Shown here piece after piece: positions 28,899 to 38,349 of a DNA stretch of 64,000 bases. A program made the translations under genes and the position numbers. Position 1 is the stretch's first letter, and the number at the start of each line of letters is the position of its first letter. A model generated the notes under the pieces. The model searched no databases and had not been told where the DNA came from. It saw only the letters and a program-made list of their open reading frames with translations. The stretch covers positions 2,048,001-2,112,000 of the forward strand of contig OZ241326.1 in assembly GCA_965199855.1 (NCBI GenBank), read 5' to 3'. The stretch is from a bacterium (GTDB taxonomy: Bacteria; UBA8248).

Positions 28899-29453
28899 TC
28901 AGACAGACAGAAACGAGCCCGGCTTGTCCCACTCCCCCTTCTCGTGGCGAAAAATCTTGCCCTTGTCGATGAGCAGCTGCCCGTCCTCGGCCAGGCCGAT
29001 TTTCAGCCGCTCGAGCGGCCGGGGCGCCGGGCCCTCGAAGTTCACGCCGGTTCTCCTGAAGCCGCTGCCATGGCAGGGGCACTTGAACTTGTCCTCGGAG
29101 CCGAGATACTTCGGCGTGCAGCCCAGGTGCGTGCATATCGCGCTCAGGGCGTAGAAGCCCGCGCGCTCCCGGACGATCCACACCCGCTCGCTGTTCACGT
29201 AGCGGGTGTCCACCACCCCCACGGCGTAGTCGGCCGGATTGCCCGCCTTGAACTCGGTGGGAGGCTCGAAGAGGACGCGCGGGAACATGAACCGCAAAAA
29301 GCCCAGCAGCGCGATGCCGAGGCTGCCGAGGATGCCGAGCCAGCCCGTGTAGTTCATGAACCGCCTGCGGTCGATGAACGCCTTTTTCCGCTTCGCCTCC
29401 GCCTCGTAGTCGGCGGGCAACCTGATTTCAGGGGCTTTCAGACGAGTGTCCAT
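28899..29453 (-). CDS. petC: Rieske 2Fe-2S subunit
   Basis: Tat-like DRRRFM plus TM, CTHLGC, CPCHGS, GPAPRPL. Confidence 0.92.
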   Translation of the reverse strand: MDTRLKAPEIRLPADYEAEAKRKKAFIDRRRFMNYTGWLGILGSLGIALLGFLRFMFPRVLFEPPTEFKAGNPADYAVGVVDTRYVNSERVWIVRERAGFYALSAICTHLGCTPKYLGSEDKFKCPCHGSGFRRTGVNFEGPAPRPLERLKIGLAEDGQLLIDKGKIFRHEKGEWDKPGSFLSV

Positions 29454-29777
29454 GCGAACGCCGCGCTCCCGTTTTCAATCCATCCATCCGGCCATCCGCG
29501 CGCGGGGGCGGCCCGCTTCCGGCTTCCCGCCCGCAGTCATCGCGCGAAGGTGAGCCGATTCGTTCGGCCTTGGCCGTGGGCGGCGCCTGGCCCGGCCGGA
29601 CGCCGGGGCCGTCAGGATGTCCTCAACAAATACCCGAAACCCTTATTACGGACGAAGCCGCCCCGTGTCAAGAGCCGCAGGCGAGTTTCTTCCCGGCCGC
29701 GGCCGCGAGCGTCATCCGGGGATTCTTCGCCTCGGACGCCGGCACGGCTTCGGCGCCTCGCGCCGCGCCTCTCCCCG

Positions 29778-30767
29778 CTAAAGTCCCGCCCTGTTCTTTC
29801 CCTTCACCTCCCTGTTCACCACGTTCACGGGCCATTCGCCCGAGAGGACGCGCCGCACCTCGTTGGGCGCGCCCTGCTGGAGGCCCACCATGGACTGCTC
29901 GCTGTACCAGGCCGCGTGGGGGTTGATGATGACGTTCTCGCGGCCGCGCAGGGGATGCGGGTCGGGCAGGGGCTCCGGGTCGGTCGTGTCCAGGGCGCAC
30001 CCGGCGATCTCGCCTGAGTCCAGGGCGCGAACCAGGGCGTCGGTATCCACGATCGGCCCGCGCGAGCAGTTGACGAGGAAGGCCGTTCGCTTCATCCGCG
30101 AGAAGGCCGCGTCGTTCATCATTCCGCGCGTCTGGGGGATGAGGGGCGGATGGAGGGAGACGAAATCCGCCCGCGCGAACACCTCGTCCAGCTCCGCCTT
30201 CTCTCCCGGGGCGTCGAACCGCCCCTGCTCCACGAAGGGGTCGCTGAACGCCACCCGCATCCCGAAGGCGGCGGCGCGGGAGGCCACCATGCGCGCGATG
30301 TTGCCGAAGCCCACCAGCCCGAGCGTCGCGCCAGCCAGCCGGAACATCGGCTTGCCCGGCGGCACCGCCCACTCGCCCGCGCGCACCCGCCTGTCGTAGA
30401 AGGCCACCTTTCTCGCCGAGGCGAGCAGGAGCGCCATCGTGTGCTCGGCGACCTCCTCGACGCAGTAGGTGGGGTTGTTCGTGACGATGATGCCCGCCCG
30501 CGTGGCGGCGTCCAGGTCGATCGTATCCACCCCGATGCCGTATCGCGCGATAATCTTGCAGGCCGGCATCTTCTCCATGTCCTCCTCCGCTATCGGCCCC
30601 GCGTAGGTGTTCAGCAGCGCCTCGCAGTCGGCGGCCTCGGCCAGAAATTCGGAGGGCGCCTTCGTCCGCATGGCGACGACTTCAGCCACTTCTCCCAGAA
30701 TCTCGTTCTCCACGTCCAGGGATTCCCAGACGTAATCCGTCAGCACGACTTTCGCCTTGCCGGGCAT
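29778..30767 (-). CDS. D-2-hydroxyacid dehydrogenase (CtBP-like)
   Basis: RYGIGVDTID, GLVGFGNIA, NCSRG, HAAWYSE. Confidence 0.9.
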   Translation of the reverse strand: MPGKAKVVLTDYVWESLDVENEILGEVAEVVAMRTKAPSEFLAEAADCEALLNTYAGPIAEEDMEKMPACKIIARYGIGVDTIDLDAATRAGIIVTNNPTYCVEEVAEHTMALLLASARKVAFYDRRVRAGEWAVPPGKPMFRLAGATLGLVGFGNIARMVASRAAAFGMRVAFSDPFVEQGRFDAPGEKAELDEVFARADFVSLHPPLIPQTRGMMNDAAFSRMKRTAFLVNCSRGPIVDTDALVRALDSGEIAGCALDTTDPEPLPDPHPLRGRENVIINPHAAWYSEQSMVGLQQGAPNEVRRVLSGEWPVNVVNREVKGKNRAGL

Positions 30768-30870
30768 CTCTCTCCCCTCTCCGGTTGTCCGCGCCCATGA
30801 TGGAGCCGAAATTTCGCCCGGCGATGCTATCCCACGCCCGGGCGGGAATCAAAGCTTTCGCGCCCGCTCC

Positions 30871-30899
30871 TTGACCGGCGGGAGACGCCGCAATACCCT
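30871..30899 (+). promoter_or_regulatory. Putative sigma70 promoter
   Basis: TTGACC-N17-TACCCT upstream of the hydrolase-ddl pair. Confidence 0.35.
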
Positions 30900-31011
30900 T
30901 GCGGGACGCTCGCGGGAAGCCGCGCCGTCCGGGAACGCTCCCGGGCGAGGGCGCGAGGAGCGGCCCCGCGCCCCGGGCGCGGCGGCTCCCCTCCCGCGCG
31001 GGAGAGATCGC

Positions 31012-31578
31012 ATGACGCGCGCGGATTCGCTTCGCCTCAGCCCCGGAGAATGCCTGCTACTCATCGTCGACGCGCAGGAGAAGCTCATGGCCGCCATGCG
31101 CGGGAGCGTTCGCGCGCAGGTCGTCGGACGCATCCGGACGCTGGCGCAGGCGGCGGCGCGCCTCGGCTTTCCGGCGCTCGTCACCGAGCAATACCCCAAA
31201 GGACTCGGGCCCACGGTGGCGGAGGTTGCCGCGGAAGTCCCCGGCTTCTCGCCGATGGAGAAACTCTCGTTCAGCTGCTGCGGGGCGGAGGGGTTCCTGC
31301 CCCGCCTGCGCGCCTCCGGCCGAACGAAAATTCTGCTCACCGGGGCGGAGACGCACGTCTGCTGCTATCAGACGGCGCTCGACCTGCTGGAAAACGGCTT
31401 CATTGTTCACGCGGTGGCCGACGCCCTGTGCTCGCGCTCGAAGCTGAACTGGCGAACGGGGCTCGCCGCCCTCGAGCGCGCGGGCGCGGCGCCCACCACG
31501 ACCGAGCAGGCGCTGTTCGACCTGCTCCGGGTCGCCGGCACCGAGGATTTCAAATTCCTCTCGAAGCTGATACGCTGA
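31012..31578 (+). CDS. Isochorismatase family hydrolase
   Basis: VDAQEKL, TEQYPKGLGPT, EKLSFSCC, GAETHVC. Confidence 0.9.
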   Translation: MTRADSLRLSPGECLLLIVDAQEKLMAAMRGSVRAQVVGRIRTLAQAAARLGFPALVTEQYPKGLGPTVAEVAAEVPGFSPMEKLSFSCCGAEGFLPRLRASGRTKILLTGAETHVCCYQTALDLLENGFIVHAVADALCSRSKLNWRTGLAALERAGAAPTTTEQALFDLLRVAGTEDFKFLSKLIR

Positions 31579-31622
31579 CCCATACGCCCGCCCGGCAATC
31601 GCCCGACGAAGGACGCTCCGCC

Positions 31623-32711
31623 ATGCCGTCCCCGAAAACGAGCGTCGGCGTGCTGTTCGGCGGACGCTCCACCGAGCACGAGGTGAGCCTGGCCTCGGGC
31701 CGCGCCATCATGTCGGAGCTGGACGCCGGGAAATACGACGTCCTCCCCATCCTCATCACGAGAGCGGGCGCGTGGCGCGTCCTGCCGCATCCGGAGGCGG
31801 ACGCGGACGAGGGCCGCGAGGTTCTCTTCTCCGGCACGCCGGACGGGGGGGGGCTTCGGTGCGCCGCGAGCGGCGAGAAGATAGGCGTCGACGTGTTCTT
31901 CCCCATGATTCACGGCGCCTTCGGGGAGGACGGCACCCTCCAGGGGCTGCTCGAGCTGGCGGAGGCGCCCTTCGTGGGCTCGGGGTGCGCCTCCTCCGCC
32001 ATAGCGATGGACAAGGCCGTGGCCAAGGCGGTGCTGCGCGCGGCGGGGCTGCCCGTGCTGCCCTCCCTCACCCTGCGCCCCGAGGCCTGGGAGAAGGAGC
32101 GCGGCGCCATCCTGGAGAAGGCGGCCGCCGAGATCGGCTATCCCCTGTTCGTCAAGCCCTCCTCCTCGGGCAGCAGCGTCGGCGTCCACCTCGTGGAGAG
32201 CGCGGAGGCGCTCCCCGCCGCCGTGGAGGACGCCTTCCGCTTCGACGCGAAGGTTCTCATCGAGGAGCATTCCCGGGGCCGGGAGGTGGAGTGCGCCGCG
32301 CTCGAAGGGGCGCGCACGGACGACCTCCTCGCCAGCCCGCTCATGGAAATCCGGCCGAAGGAGGGCTGGTACGACTACGAGGCGAAATACGAAGAGGGGC
32401 GCGCGGAGCTCGTCATTCCCGCCCCGGTGGAGGAATCCGTCGCCGAGGGCATCCGCTCCTACGCGCGCGCCGCGTTCCGCGCCCTGGGCTGCTCCGGCCT
32501 CGCCCGCGTGGACTTCTTCTACCGAGAGAAGACGGGCGAGACCTACGTGAGCGAGGTGAACACCCTGCCCGGCTTCACGCGGCTGAGCGGATACCCCCGG
32601 ATGATCCGCGCGGCCGGCGTCCTCTACCCCGAGATGCTGGACAGGCTCATCGACTGCGCGCTGGCGCGCCGCGAGAAGCTGGCGGCGAGGGAATACGACC
32701 GCAAGGGCTAG
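31623..32711 (+). CDS. ddl: D-alanine--D-alanine ligase
   Basis: FGGRSTEHEVS, HGAFGEDGTLQG, GSSVG, YDYEAKY, EVNTLPGFT. Confidence 0.96.
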   Translation: MPSPKTSVGVLFGGRSTEHEVSLASGRAIMSELDAGKYDVLPILITRAGAWRVLPHPEADADEGREVLFSGTPDGGGLRCAASGEKIGVDVFFPMIHGAFGEDGTLQGLLELAEAPFVGSGCASSAIAMDKAVAKAVLRAAGLPVLPSLTLRPEAWEKERGAILEKAAAEIGYPLFVKPSSSGSSVGVHLVESAEALPAAVEDAFRFDAKVLIEEHSRGREVECAALEGARTDDLLASPLMEIRPKEGWYDYEAKYEEGRAELVIPAPVEESVAEGIRSYARAAFRALGCSGLARVDFFYREKTGETYVSEVNTLPGFTRLSGYPRMIRAAGVLYPEMLDRLIDCALARREKLAAREYDRKG

Positions 32712-32744
32712 CCGGCCTCTCTCTCCGCGCGCCGCCGCGCGGCC

Positions 32745-33743
32745 TCAGCCCCCGGGCGCCAGGCGCTCCCGCAGAAAGGCGAACGCGCGCTCCTCGGCCC
32801 AATAGCCGGGCGAGCGGACGCTCCGGCCCGACACGAAGCCCACGTGCCCTCCCCTTTTGGACAGGACGCCGGTGAGCCAGGGGGACTTTTCTATCTCCTC
32901 GCGGGGGAATACGCGGGCGGGGACGATGGGGTCGTCCTCCGAGGCGAGAAGAAGCGTCTTCACCCGGACGCGGGAGAGCCAGGGGGAGCAGTCCGCCTTT
33001 TCGTAGTAGTCCAGCTCGTCGCGGAAGCCGTAGAGGGGCGCGATGACCGCGCGATCGAACTCGTGGAACGTCCGCGCGCGCCGCGCCGCCTCCGCCTCGA
33101 TGAGGCCGGGGTGACGCTCCGAGAACTCGCGCGCCTTTCGCTTCGCGCTGCCCAGCAGATGCCGCCTGTAGAGCCAGCCCGCCGGGGAATCGAGCGCCCT
33201 CGCGCAGACGCCCGGCTGGAAGCTCGCCGAGACGCAGACCGCCCCCCGAACGCGCGGGGAGACTCCCTCCCCCCGCTCGCCCAGCCACCGGAGCAGGACG
33301 CTCCCCCCCAGGGAGAAGCCCGCCAGCGCGAGGGGGGCGTCGAACCTCCCGAGAATCCGCTCCGCCGCGAAGGCCAGATCGCCCGTCTCCCCGCAGTGGT
33401 AGAAGCGGGGCCGCAGGTTCGGCGCCCCGCCGCACGAGCGGAAGTTCAGCGCCGCCGCCCGCCAGCCCAGGGCGCGCGCCCGCGCCGCCGCCCCGCGCGC
33501 GTAATGGGAGGCGGAGGAGCCCTCCAGCCCGTGCAGGATGAGCAGCGTCGGCGCGCCGGGGGCTTCGGCGTCGAGGAAATCGACTTCGAGAAAATCGCCG
33601 TCGGGCGTCTCCCAGCGCTCCCGCCGCCAGTCGATTCGCGGGTGCTTGCGGAAAAAATACCCCCAGGCGCTCTGAAGATGGGCGCCGGGGCAATACCAGG
33701 CGGGGCGAAACGGGGGGGCGCCCCGGGAGGGCTGGGAAGTCAT
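32745..33743 (-). CDS. YheT-like alpha/beta hydrolase
   Basis: HGLEGSS, GFSLGG nucleophile elbow, DDPIV, GGHVGF. Confidence 0.9.
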   Translation of the reverse strand: MTSQPSRGAPPFRPAWYCPGAHLQSAWGYFFRKHPRIDWRRERWETPDGDFLEVDFLDAEAPGAPTLLILHGLEGSSASHYARGAAARARALGWRAAALNFRSCGGAPNLRPRFYHCGETGDLAFAAERILGRFDAPLALAGFSLGGSVLLRWLGERGEGVSPRVRGAVCVSASFQPGVCARALDSPAGWLYRRHLLGSAKRKAREFSERHPGLIEAEAARRARTFHEFDRAVIAPLYGFRDELDYYEKADCSPWLSRVRVKTLLLASEDDPIVPARVFPREEIEKSPWLTGVLSKRGGHVGFVSGRSVRSPGYWAEERAFAFLRERLAPGG

Positions 33744-33761
33744 GCCGCGCGCGGGAGGGAA

Positions 33762-34682
33762 TCAGCCGTCCAGGCCGAAAATCGCCCTGTAGATGTCCTC
33801 CCGATGCGTCGGCGGGTCCTGGCTGCGGTGGTTTCTCTCGTATTTCTGCGCCAGCACCTGATAGAGCCCCAGCGAGTTCGAGAAAAAGGCGACCGAGGAG
33901 CAGACCAGCCAGATGCGATAGACGCGGTAGGTGCGCTCGCCGACCAGCGCCTTTATCTTCTCGGCCCTCTCCTCGAACCTCTCATACCACTGCCTGCAGG
34001 TGCGCGCGTAGTGAAGCCTGAGATTCTCCACGTCGAGAATCTCCCAGCGCGCCCGCTCCATCACGTCCTGAATGTGGGAGATGTTGTCCAGCTCCCCGTT
34101 GGGAAAGACGTTGCGCAGCAGAAAGTCGTACTGGCTCGTGCGCTTCCAGAACTTGTTGGCCGTGATTCCGTGGTTGAGGAACAGCCCCCCCTCCCGCAGG
34201 CGGCTCCTGACGGAGGCGAAGTAGGCCGGGTAGTTGGCGATGCCTACGTGCTCGATGATGCCGATGGCGGAAATCTTGTCGAAGGTGCGCTCCTTCGGGA
34301 AATCCCTGTAGTCCATGTGGTGAATCTCGCACCTGCCCTCCAGCCCCTCCCGGCGCACCCACTCCCGGCCCCAGGCGGCCTGCTCGCGCGAGAGCGTAAC
34401 CCCGGTCGCGTTCACGCCGTAGCGCTTCGCCGCCCATATCGCCAGCGAACCCCAGCCGCAGCCGATGTCGAGATAGTCCTCCCCGGGGGCGAGCCTGAGC
34501 TTCGCGCAGACGAGGTCCATCTTGTCGCGCTGCGCCTGGGCGAGCGCGCCGTCCGGCTCGCGGTAGTAGGCGCACGTATAGACCATGTTCTCGCACAGGA
34601 ACTGCTCGTAGAACTCGTTGGACCTGTCGTAGTGGTGCGAGATCGCCCGGGCGTCGAATTCCTTCGTTCTCTCTTTCACCAT
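33762..34682 (-). CDS. CFA-synthase family SAM-dependent fatty-acyl methyltransferase (catalytic domain only)
   Basis: Begins about 10 aa before ISHHYD; MVYTCAY, LDIGCGWG, IEHVG, FPNGEL, HYARTC. Start ATG 34682 after GAGG. Confidence 0.88.
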   Translation of the reverse strand: MVKERTKEFDARAISHHYDRSNEFYEQFLCENMVYTCAYYREPDGALAQAQRDKMDLVCAKLRLAPGEDYLDIGCGWGSLAIWAAKRYGVNATGVTLSREQAAWGREWVRREGLEGRCEIHHMDYRDFPKERTFDKISAIGIIEHVGIANYPAYFASVRSRLREGGLFLNHGITANKFWKRTSQYDFLLRNVFPNGELDNISHIQDVMERARWEILDVENLRLHYARTCRQWYERFEERAEKIKALVGERTYRVYRIWLVCSSVAFFSNSLGLYQVLAQKYERNHRSQDPPTHREDIYRAIFGLDG

Positions 34683-34701
34683 GGCCGCCTCAACCTCGTT
34701 T

Positions 34702-35814
34702 TCAGCCGATTCCGAACGCGCCTTCCAGCACCAGCCGGCGCCTGAGCCAGGCGTTGCGGCAGATGAACCGCGCCGCGCCGAGGACAACCCCGTCGGGCGC
34801 GCGCTCGACCAGCCCGTCGAGCATCCCTCCCCCGCCGCGCCCGTATTTCCGGGCGATCGCGCCTCCGTATGCCTCCAGACTCTCGCCCGTCCGCAGGTGC
34901 GCGTCCACCGCCTCGGCCGCCATCCTGGCGCTGCGGACGGCGGGGCCGATGCCCTCCCCGCTGAAGTCCTTGGCCAGCCCGGCGGCGTCGCCGACGAGGA
35001 CGAACCCCTCGCCCGCCGGCCGCCGCGCGCGGCCGCGGTGGACGGAATAGGCGTGGCCGCGGAACTTCGTGAGCTCCATCTTCTCGGGCAGCCTGCCCGT
35101 CCGGCGGAACTTCTCCAGCAGCGCCTCCAGCCGCTCGTGGACGCTCGGGCGCCTGCCGATGCAGCCCACCCCGATGTTCAAAAAATCTCCCTTGGTGAAA
35201 TACCAGGCGTAGCCCTTGAAGTCCGGCTCCGCGAACAGCTCGGGCAGGCCGTAGTTCGGCGCCAGGGCGCGGAGCCTCGCCGCGCCCACGTTCGTCTCGC
35301 TCTCCTGCGTGAGAACGACGGATTCCTCGCGCGACGCCTCGCCGAAGGCCCTGGCGACGGGGCAGGCGTGCCCCCCCGCGCCGATGACGACGGGCGCCTC
35401 TATCTTCTCCCCTCCGACGTCCACGCGCATCCCCCGCGCCGTCCTCTCGACGCCCCGCACCCGCGCGCCCTCGCGCGCCTCCGCGCCCTCCTCCCGCGCG
35501 CGCCCCAGCAGCCAGGCGTCGAACTGGCTCCGGATGATGCCGTAGCTCGCAGGCTCGCTCCACCTCGTCTCGAAGAGCCTGTCGCCGCAGCCCAGGAACA
35601 CGCTCTGAAACGACTGGATCGTGTGGGGATACTCCTCCGGCCTGATTTCCAGGTCCGCCAGCACCTGCTTCGTCACCCAGCCCGCGCAGAGCTTCACGCG
35701 GGGAAACGAGGCGGCGTCCAGGAGCAGGACGCGCCGGCCGCGCCGCGCCAGCTCCCGGGCGGCGGCGCTGCCGCCCGGGCCGCCGCCGACGATGAGGGCG
35801 TCCCACGCGCTCAT
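34702..35814 (-). CDS. Geranylgeranyl-reductase family FAD-dependent oxidoreductase
   Basis: VGGGPGG, FPRVKLCAG, RSQFD, GYAWYF, VGDAAGL...GEGI. Start ATG 35814 overlaps the upstream stop. Confidence 0.88.
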   Translation of the reverse strand: MSAWDALIVGGGPGGSAAARELARRGRRVLLLDAASFPRVKLCAGWVTKQVLADLEIRPEEYPHTIQSFQSVFLGCGDRLFETRWSEPASYGIIRSQFDAWLLGRAREEGAEAREGARVRGVERTARGMRVDVGGEKIEAPVVIGAGGHACPVARAFGEASREESVVLTQESETNVGAARLRALAPNYGLPELFAEPDFKGYAWYFTKGDFLNIGVGCIGRRPSVHERLEALLEKFRRTGRLPEKMELTKFRGHAYSVHRGRARRPAGEGFVLVGDAAGLAKDFSGEGIGPAVRSARMAAEAVDAHLRTGESLEAYGGAIARKYGRGGGGMLDGLVERAPDGVVLGAARFICRNAWLRRRLVLEGAFGIG

Positions 35815-36167
35815 TCGGAGAGCTTCCAGATGCGAAAGGCGAGCAGGAGCTTCCGCAGCGCGCCCGGCTCGATGCTGTCCAGGCTGTCGCCCACCTTCAT
35901 GACCTCGAACAAATCGCCCTCGAAGTCGATGGCACCGTCGCAGTAGGCTTCGGCGAAGGCGTCCGCCTGGGGGTTCAGCAGAACGCGCTTGAAGGCGGCC
36001 AGCGAGGTGAAGACGACGGTGACGGGAACCACCTCCCGCCCCACCGCCAGCGTCGAGCCGTCCCACATGCGAAAATTGAGTCCGTATTCGAGGTCCGCGA
36101 AAATCCGCCGCAGAACGTCGGCCGCCCCGGACGCGGCGGAGCGGCTCCTGGCGGGGGACGCGTTCAC
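35811..36167 (-). CDS. Stand-alone CFA-synthase N-terminal (lipid-binding) domain protein
   Basis: FRMWDGS...LLNP..AFAEAYCDGAIDFEGDLFEV matches the N-terminal domain of long CFA synthases; GTG start 8 nt after GGAGG. Confidence 0.75.
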   Translation of the reverse strand: MNASPARSRSAASGAADVLRRIFADLEYGLNFRMWDGSTLAVGREVVPVTVVFTSLAAFKRVLLNPQADAFAEAYCDGAIDFEGDLFEVMKVGDSLDSIEPGALRKLLLAFRIWKLSE

Positions 36168-36367
36168 GATGCCATCCTCCTCGAATGATTCGGCGGGGGA
36201 TGATGTATCGGGCGGCGCGGCTCGCGCCCGGCCCCCCGGAGCGGGCCGGGCGCTCATCGGTTTGAAATAACGCTCATGGCGCGCCTCTGTCAACCGCTCT
36301 TCACGGCGCGGGGAGCGGGGGGCTTCCATCCTCCATGCGGCGCGCCGCCGGGAATCCCCCGCCGCCC

Positions 36368-37225
36368 CTAGCGGAACGACGTCACCAGAACCACGCCCGA
36401 GACGGTGAACAGCGCGCCCAGGGCGACGCGCCGGGTGATTCTCTCCCTGTCGCCCAGAATCAGGGGCGCGAGAACGAGGGTGAAAAGCGGCACCGTCGCC
36501 ACCAGGGGCGAGACGCGCGAGACCTCCCACCGGCTCAGCGCGGCCAGCAGCGCCAGCTGGGCGGCGGCCATGGCGAGGCCCGAGAGGATGAAATTCCCGG
36601 TTGAAGCCCTGCTGAAGACGAACGGACTCCAGCCCGCGCTCACCTTCAGGAGGAGGGGGCCGGCGGTCGATGCCGCCAGGGACTGCAGAAACGCCCCGAA
36701 GAGGAGCGAGTCCATGCCCGCCAGCCCCACCTTCCTGAGCATGTGCGCCAGCCCGAAAAAGGCGGCCGAGGCGAAGGGCAGGAGCAGCCCGCGCCCTCTC
36801 GCCAGCAGGCCTCCCCCGCTCGACATCCAGAACACCCCGGCCGCGACGAGGAGGATGCCCGCCCACACCATGGCGGAGGGGCGCTCCCCGAGAAACGCGA
36901 AGGCCCAGAGCGCCCCGAAAATGGCGTGGGTGTTGGAGATGGCGCTCGTGGGCGCCACGCCGATGCGCTGAATCGAGCGGAACAGGAACAGCAGGGCGAG
37001 CGCGGGCGAGGAAAGCCCCGCCGCCAGAAAGGCGAGCCAGTGGACGGAAAGCGATATTCCGCTGAAATCCACCAGTGCCAGGGTGAGGGAGAAGACGACG
37101 AGCTGGGTGAGGAGGACGACGAGGCTTCCCGTGTGCGGGGTGCTGCCGTCCAGCCCCTTGCGGGTCATGATGCTGGAGAGGCAGAAGAAAAGCGCCGGAA
37201 TCAGGGCGAGGGGCTCAAACGGCAT
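36368..37225 (-). CDS. DMT/EamA family transporter
   Basis: About 10 TMs, FLGERP motif. Confidence 0.88.
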   Translation of the reverse strand: MPFEPLALIPALFFCLSSIMTRKGLDGSTPHTGSLVVLLTQLVVFSLTLALVDFSGISLSVHWLAFLAAGLSSPALALLFLFRSIQRIGVAPTSAISNTHAIFGALWAFAFLGERPSAMVWAGILLVAAGVFWMSSGGGLLARGRGLLLPFASAAFFGLAHMLRKVGLAGMDSLLFGAFLQSLAASTAGPLLLKVSAGWSPFVFSRASTGNFILSGLAMAAAQLALLAALSRWEVSRVSPLVATVPLFTLVLAPLILGDRERITRRVALGALFTVSGVVLVTSFR

Positions 37226-37278
37226 TCAGACTCCGGCCCGGGCGGGCGCGCCGCTCCGCCGGGGGCGGCGAAGGGCGC

Positions 37279-38229
37279 TCAGGAGGCGACTTCGGGGTTC
37301 ACGACGTTGACGGGCCGCTCGCCGGCGAGCGCCAGGCGCACGTTCTCCGCCGTCCGCTCCATGGCGGCGGTCTGCGTCTCCGGCGTCCGGGAGGCGTGGT
37401 GCGGGCTGACGAGGACGTTCGAGAGCCCCCACAGGCCGTGCTCCTTCGGCAGGGGCTCGGGGTCCGTGACGTCAAGCCCGGCGCCTCCCAGGTGGCCGGC
37501 GCGCATCACCTCCAGCAGGTCATCGCTCACCACGGCGGGGCCCCGGGAGACGTTGACGAGAATGGCGTCGGGCTTCATTTTCAGCAAATTCTCCCGGCCC
37601 ATGATCCCCCGCGTCTCGGGCGCCAGGGGCATGCACAGAACCAGAAAGTCCGCCCGCGGCAGGAGGTCGTCGAAAGAGAGGAACTCGAGCCTCGCCTCGG
37701 GCACGTAGGAGGGGTCCTCCGTCCGCGTGTTCACGAGCAGCTCCATGCCGAAGCCGTGGCCGATGCGCGCCGCGCGGCGGCCGATGTCGCCCAGCCCCAC
37801 GACCCCGAGCGACTTGCCGCCCAGCTGCACCGCCGGCGTATGCTCCCACTCCTCCTGCCGGTGCCGCATCCAGGCGTGGCGCGCCAGATAGAGCGCCATG
37901 AAAAAGGCGTGCTCGGCCACCGAGCGCCCGCGCACGCCCTCCACGTTGCACACCAGGACGCCGCGCCCGGTCGCCGCCTCCACGTCGATGTTGTCCACGC
38001 CCGCGCCCGGCTTGGCCGCCACCCGGAGGTTCGGGGCCATCTCCATCATCTCGCGCGAGACGGGCCGGAACACCGTGAGGATGCCCTCCGCCTCCGGCAG
38101 GAGCGGCGCTATGACCTCCGGGGTGAACTCCTCCGGCGCCACGACCTCGTGTTCGCCGCCCAGCCAGTCGGAGGACACGCGCCACGCCGGGGTCGAGTAG
38201 AGCGGATCGATCAAAACGACTTTCGCCAT
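37279..38229 (-). CDS. D-2-hydroxyacid dehydrogenase family protein
   Basis: GAGVDNID, GVVGLGDIG, NVSRG, LDVTDPEP, SPH. Confidence 0.9.
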   Translation of the reverse strand: MAKVVLIDPLYSTPAWRVSSDWLGGEHEVVAPEEFTPEVIAPLLPEAEGILTVFRPVSREMMEMAPNLRVAAKPGAGVDNIDVEAATGRGVLVCNVEGVRGRSVAEHAFFMALYLARHAWMRHRQEEWEHTPAVQLGGKSLGVVGLGDIGRRAARIGHGFGMELLVNTRTEDPSYVPEARLEFLSFDDLLPRADFLVLCMPLAPETRGIMGRENLLKMKPDAILVNVSRGPAVVSDDLLEVMRAGHLGGAGLDVTDPEPLPKEHGLWGLSNVLVSPHHASRTPETQTAAMERTAENVRLALAGERPVNVVNPEVAS

Positions 38230-38349
38230 CGCCGGAAGCTCCTCAGGGGGTTTTCATGGAGAAGCGGCGCGCGCGCGTTTCAGGGGGGAGTATCCGTCCG
38301 CCCCGGGCCGGGTGGCCCGCGGGTTCGGGGGGCTGCTCTTTCCGCCTCC

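Noticed and set aside
29454-29777. GC-rich region upstream of the Rieske gene as a riboswitch or ncRNA
   Set aside because: It has hairpin potential, but I recognise no aptamer consensus; an Rfam search would be needed.
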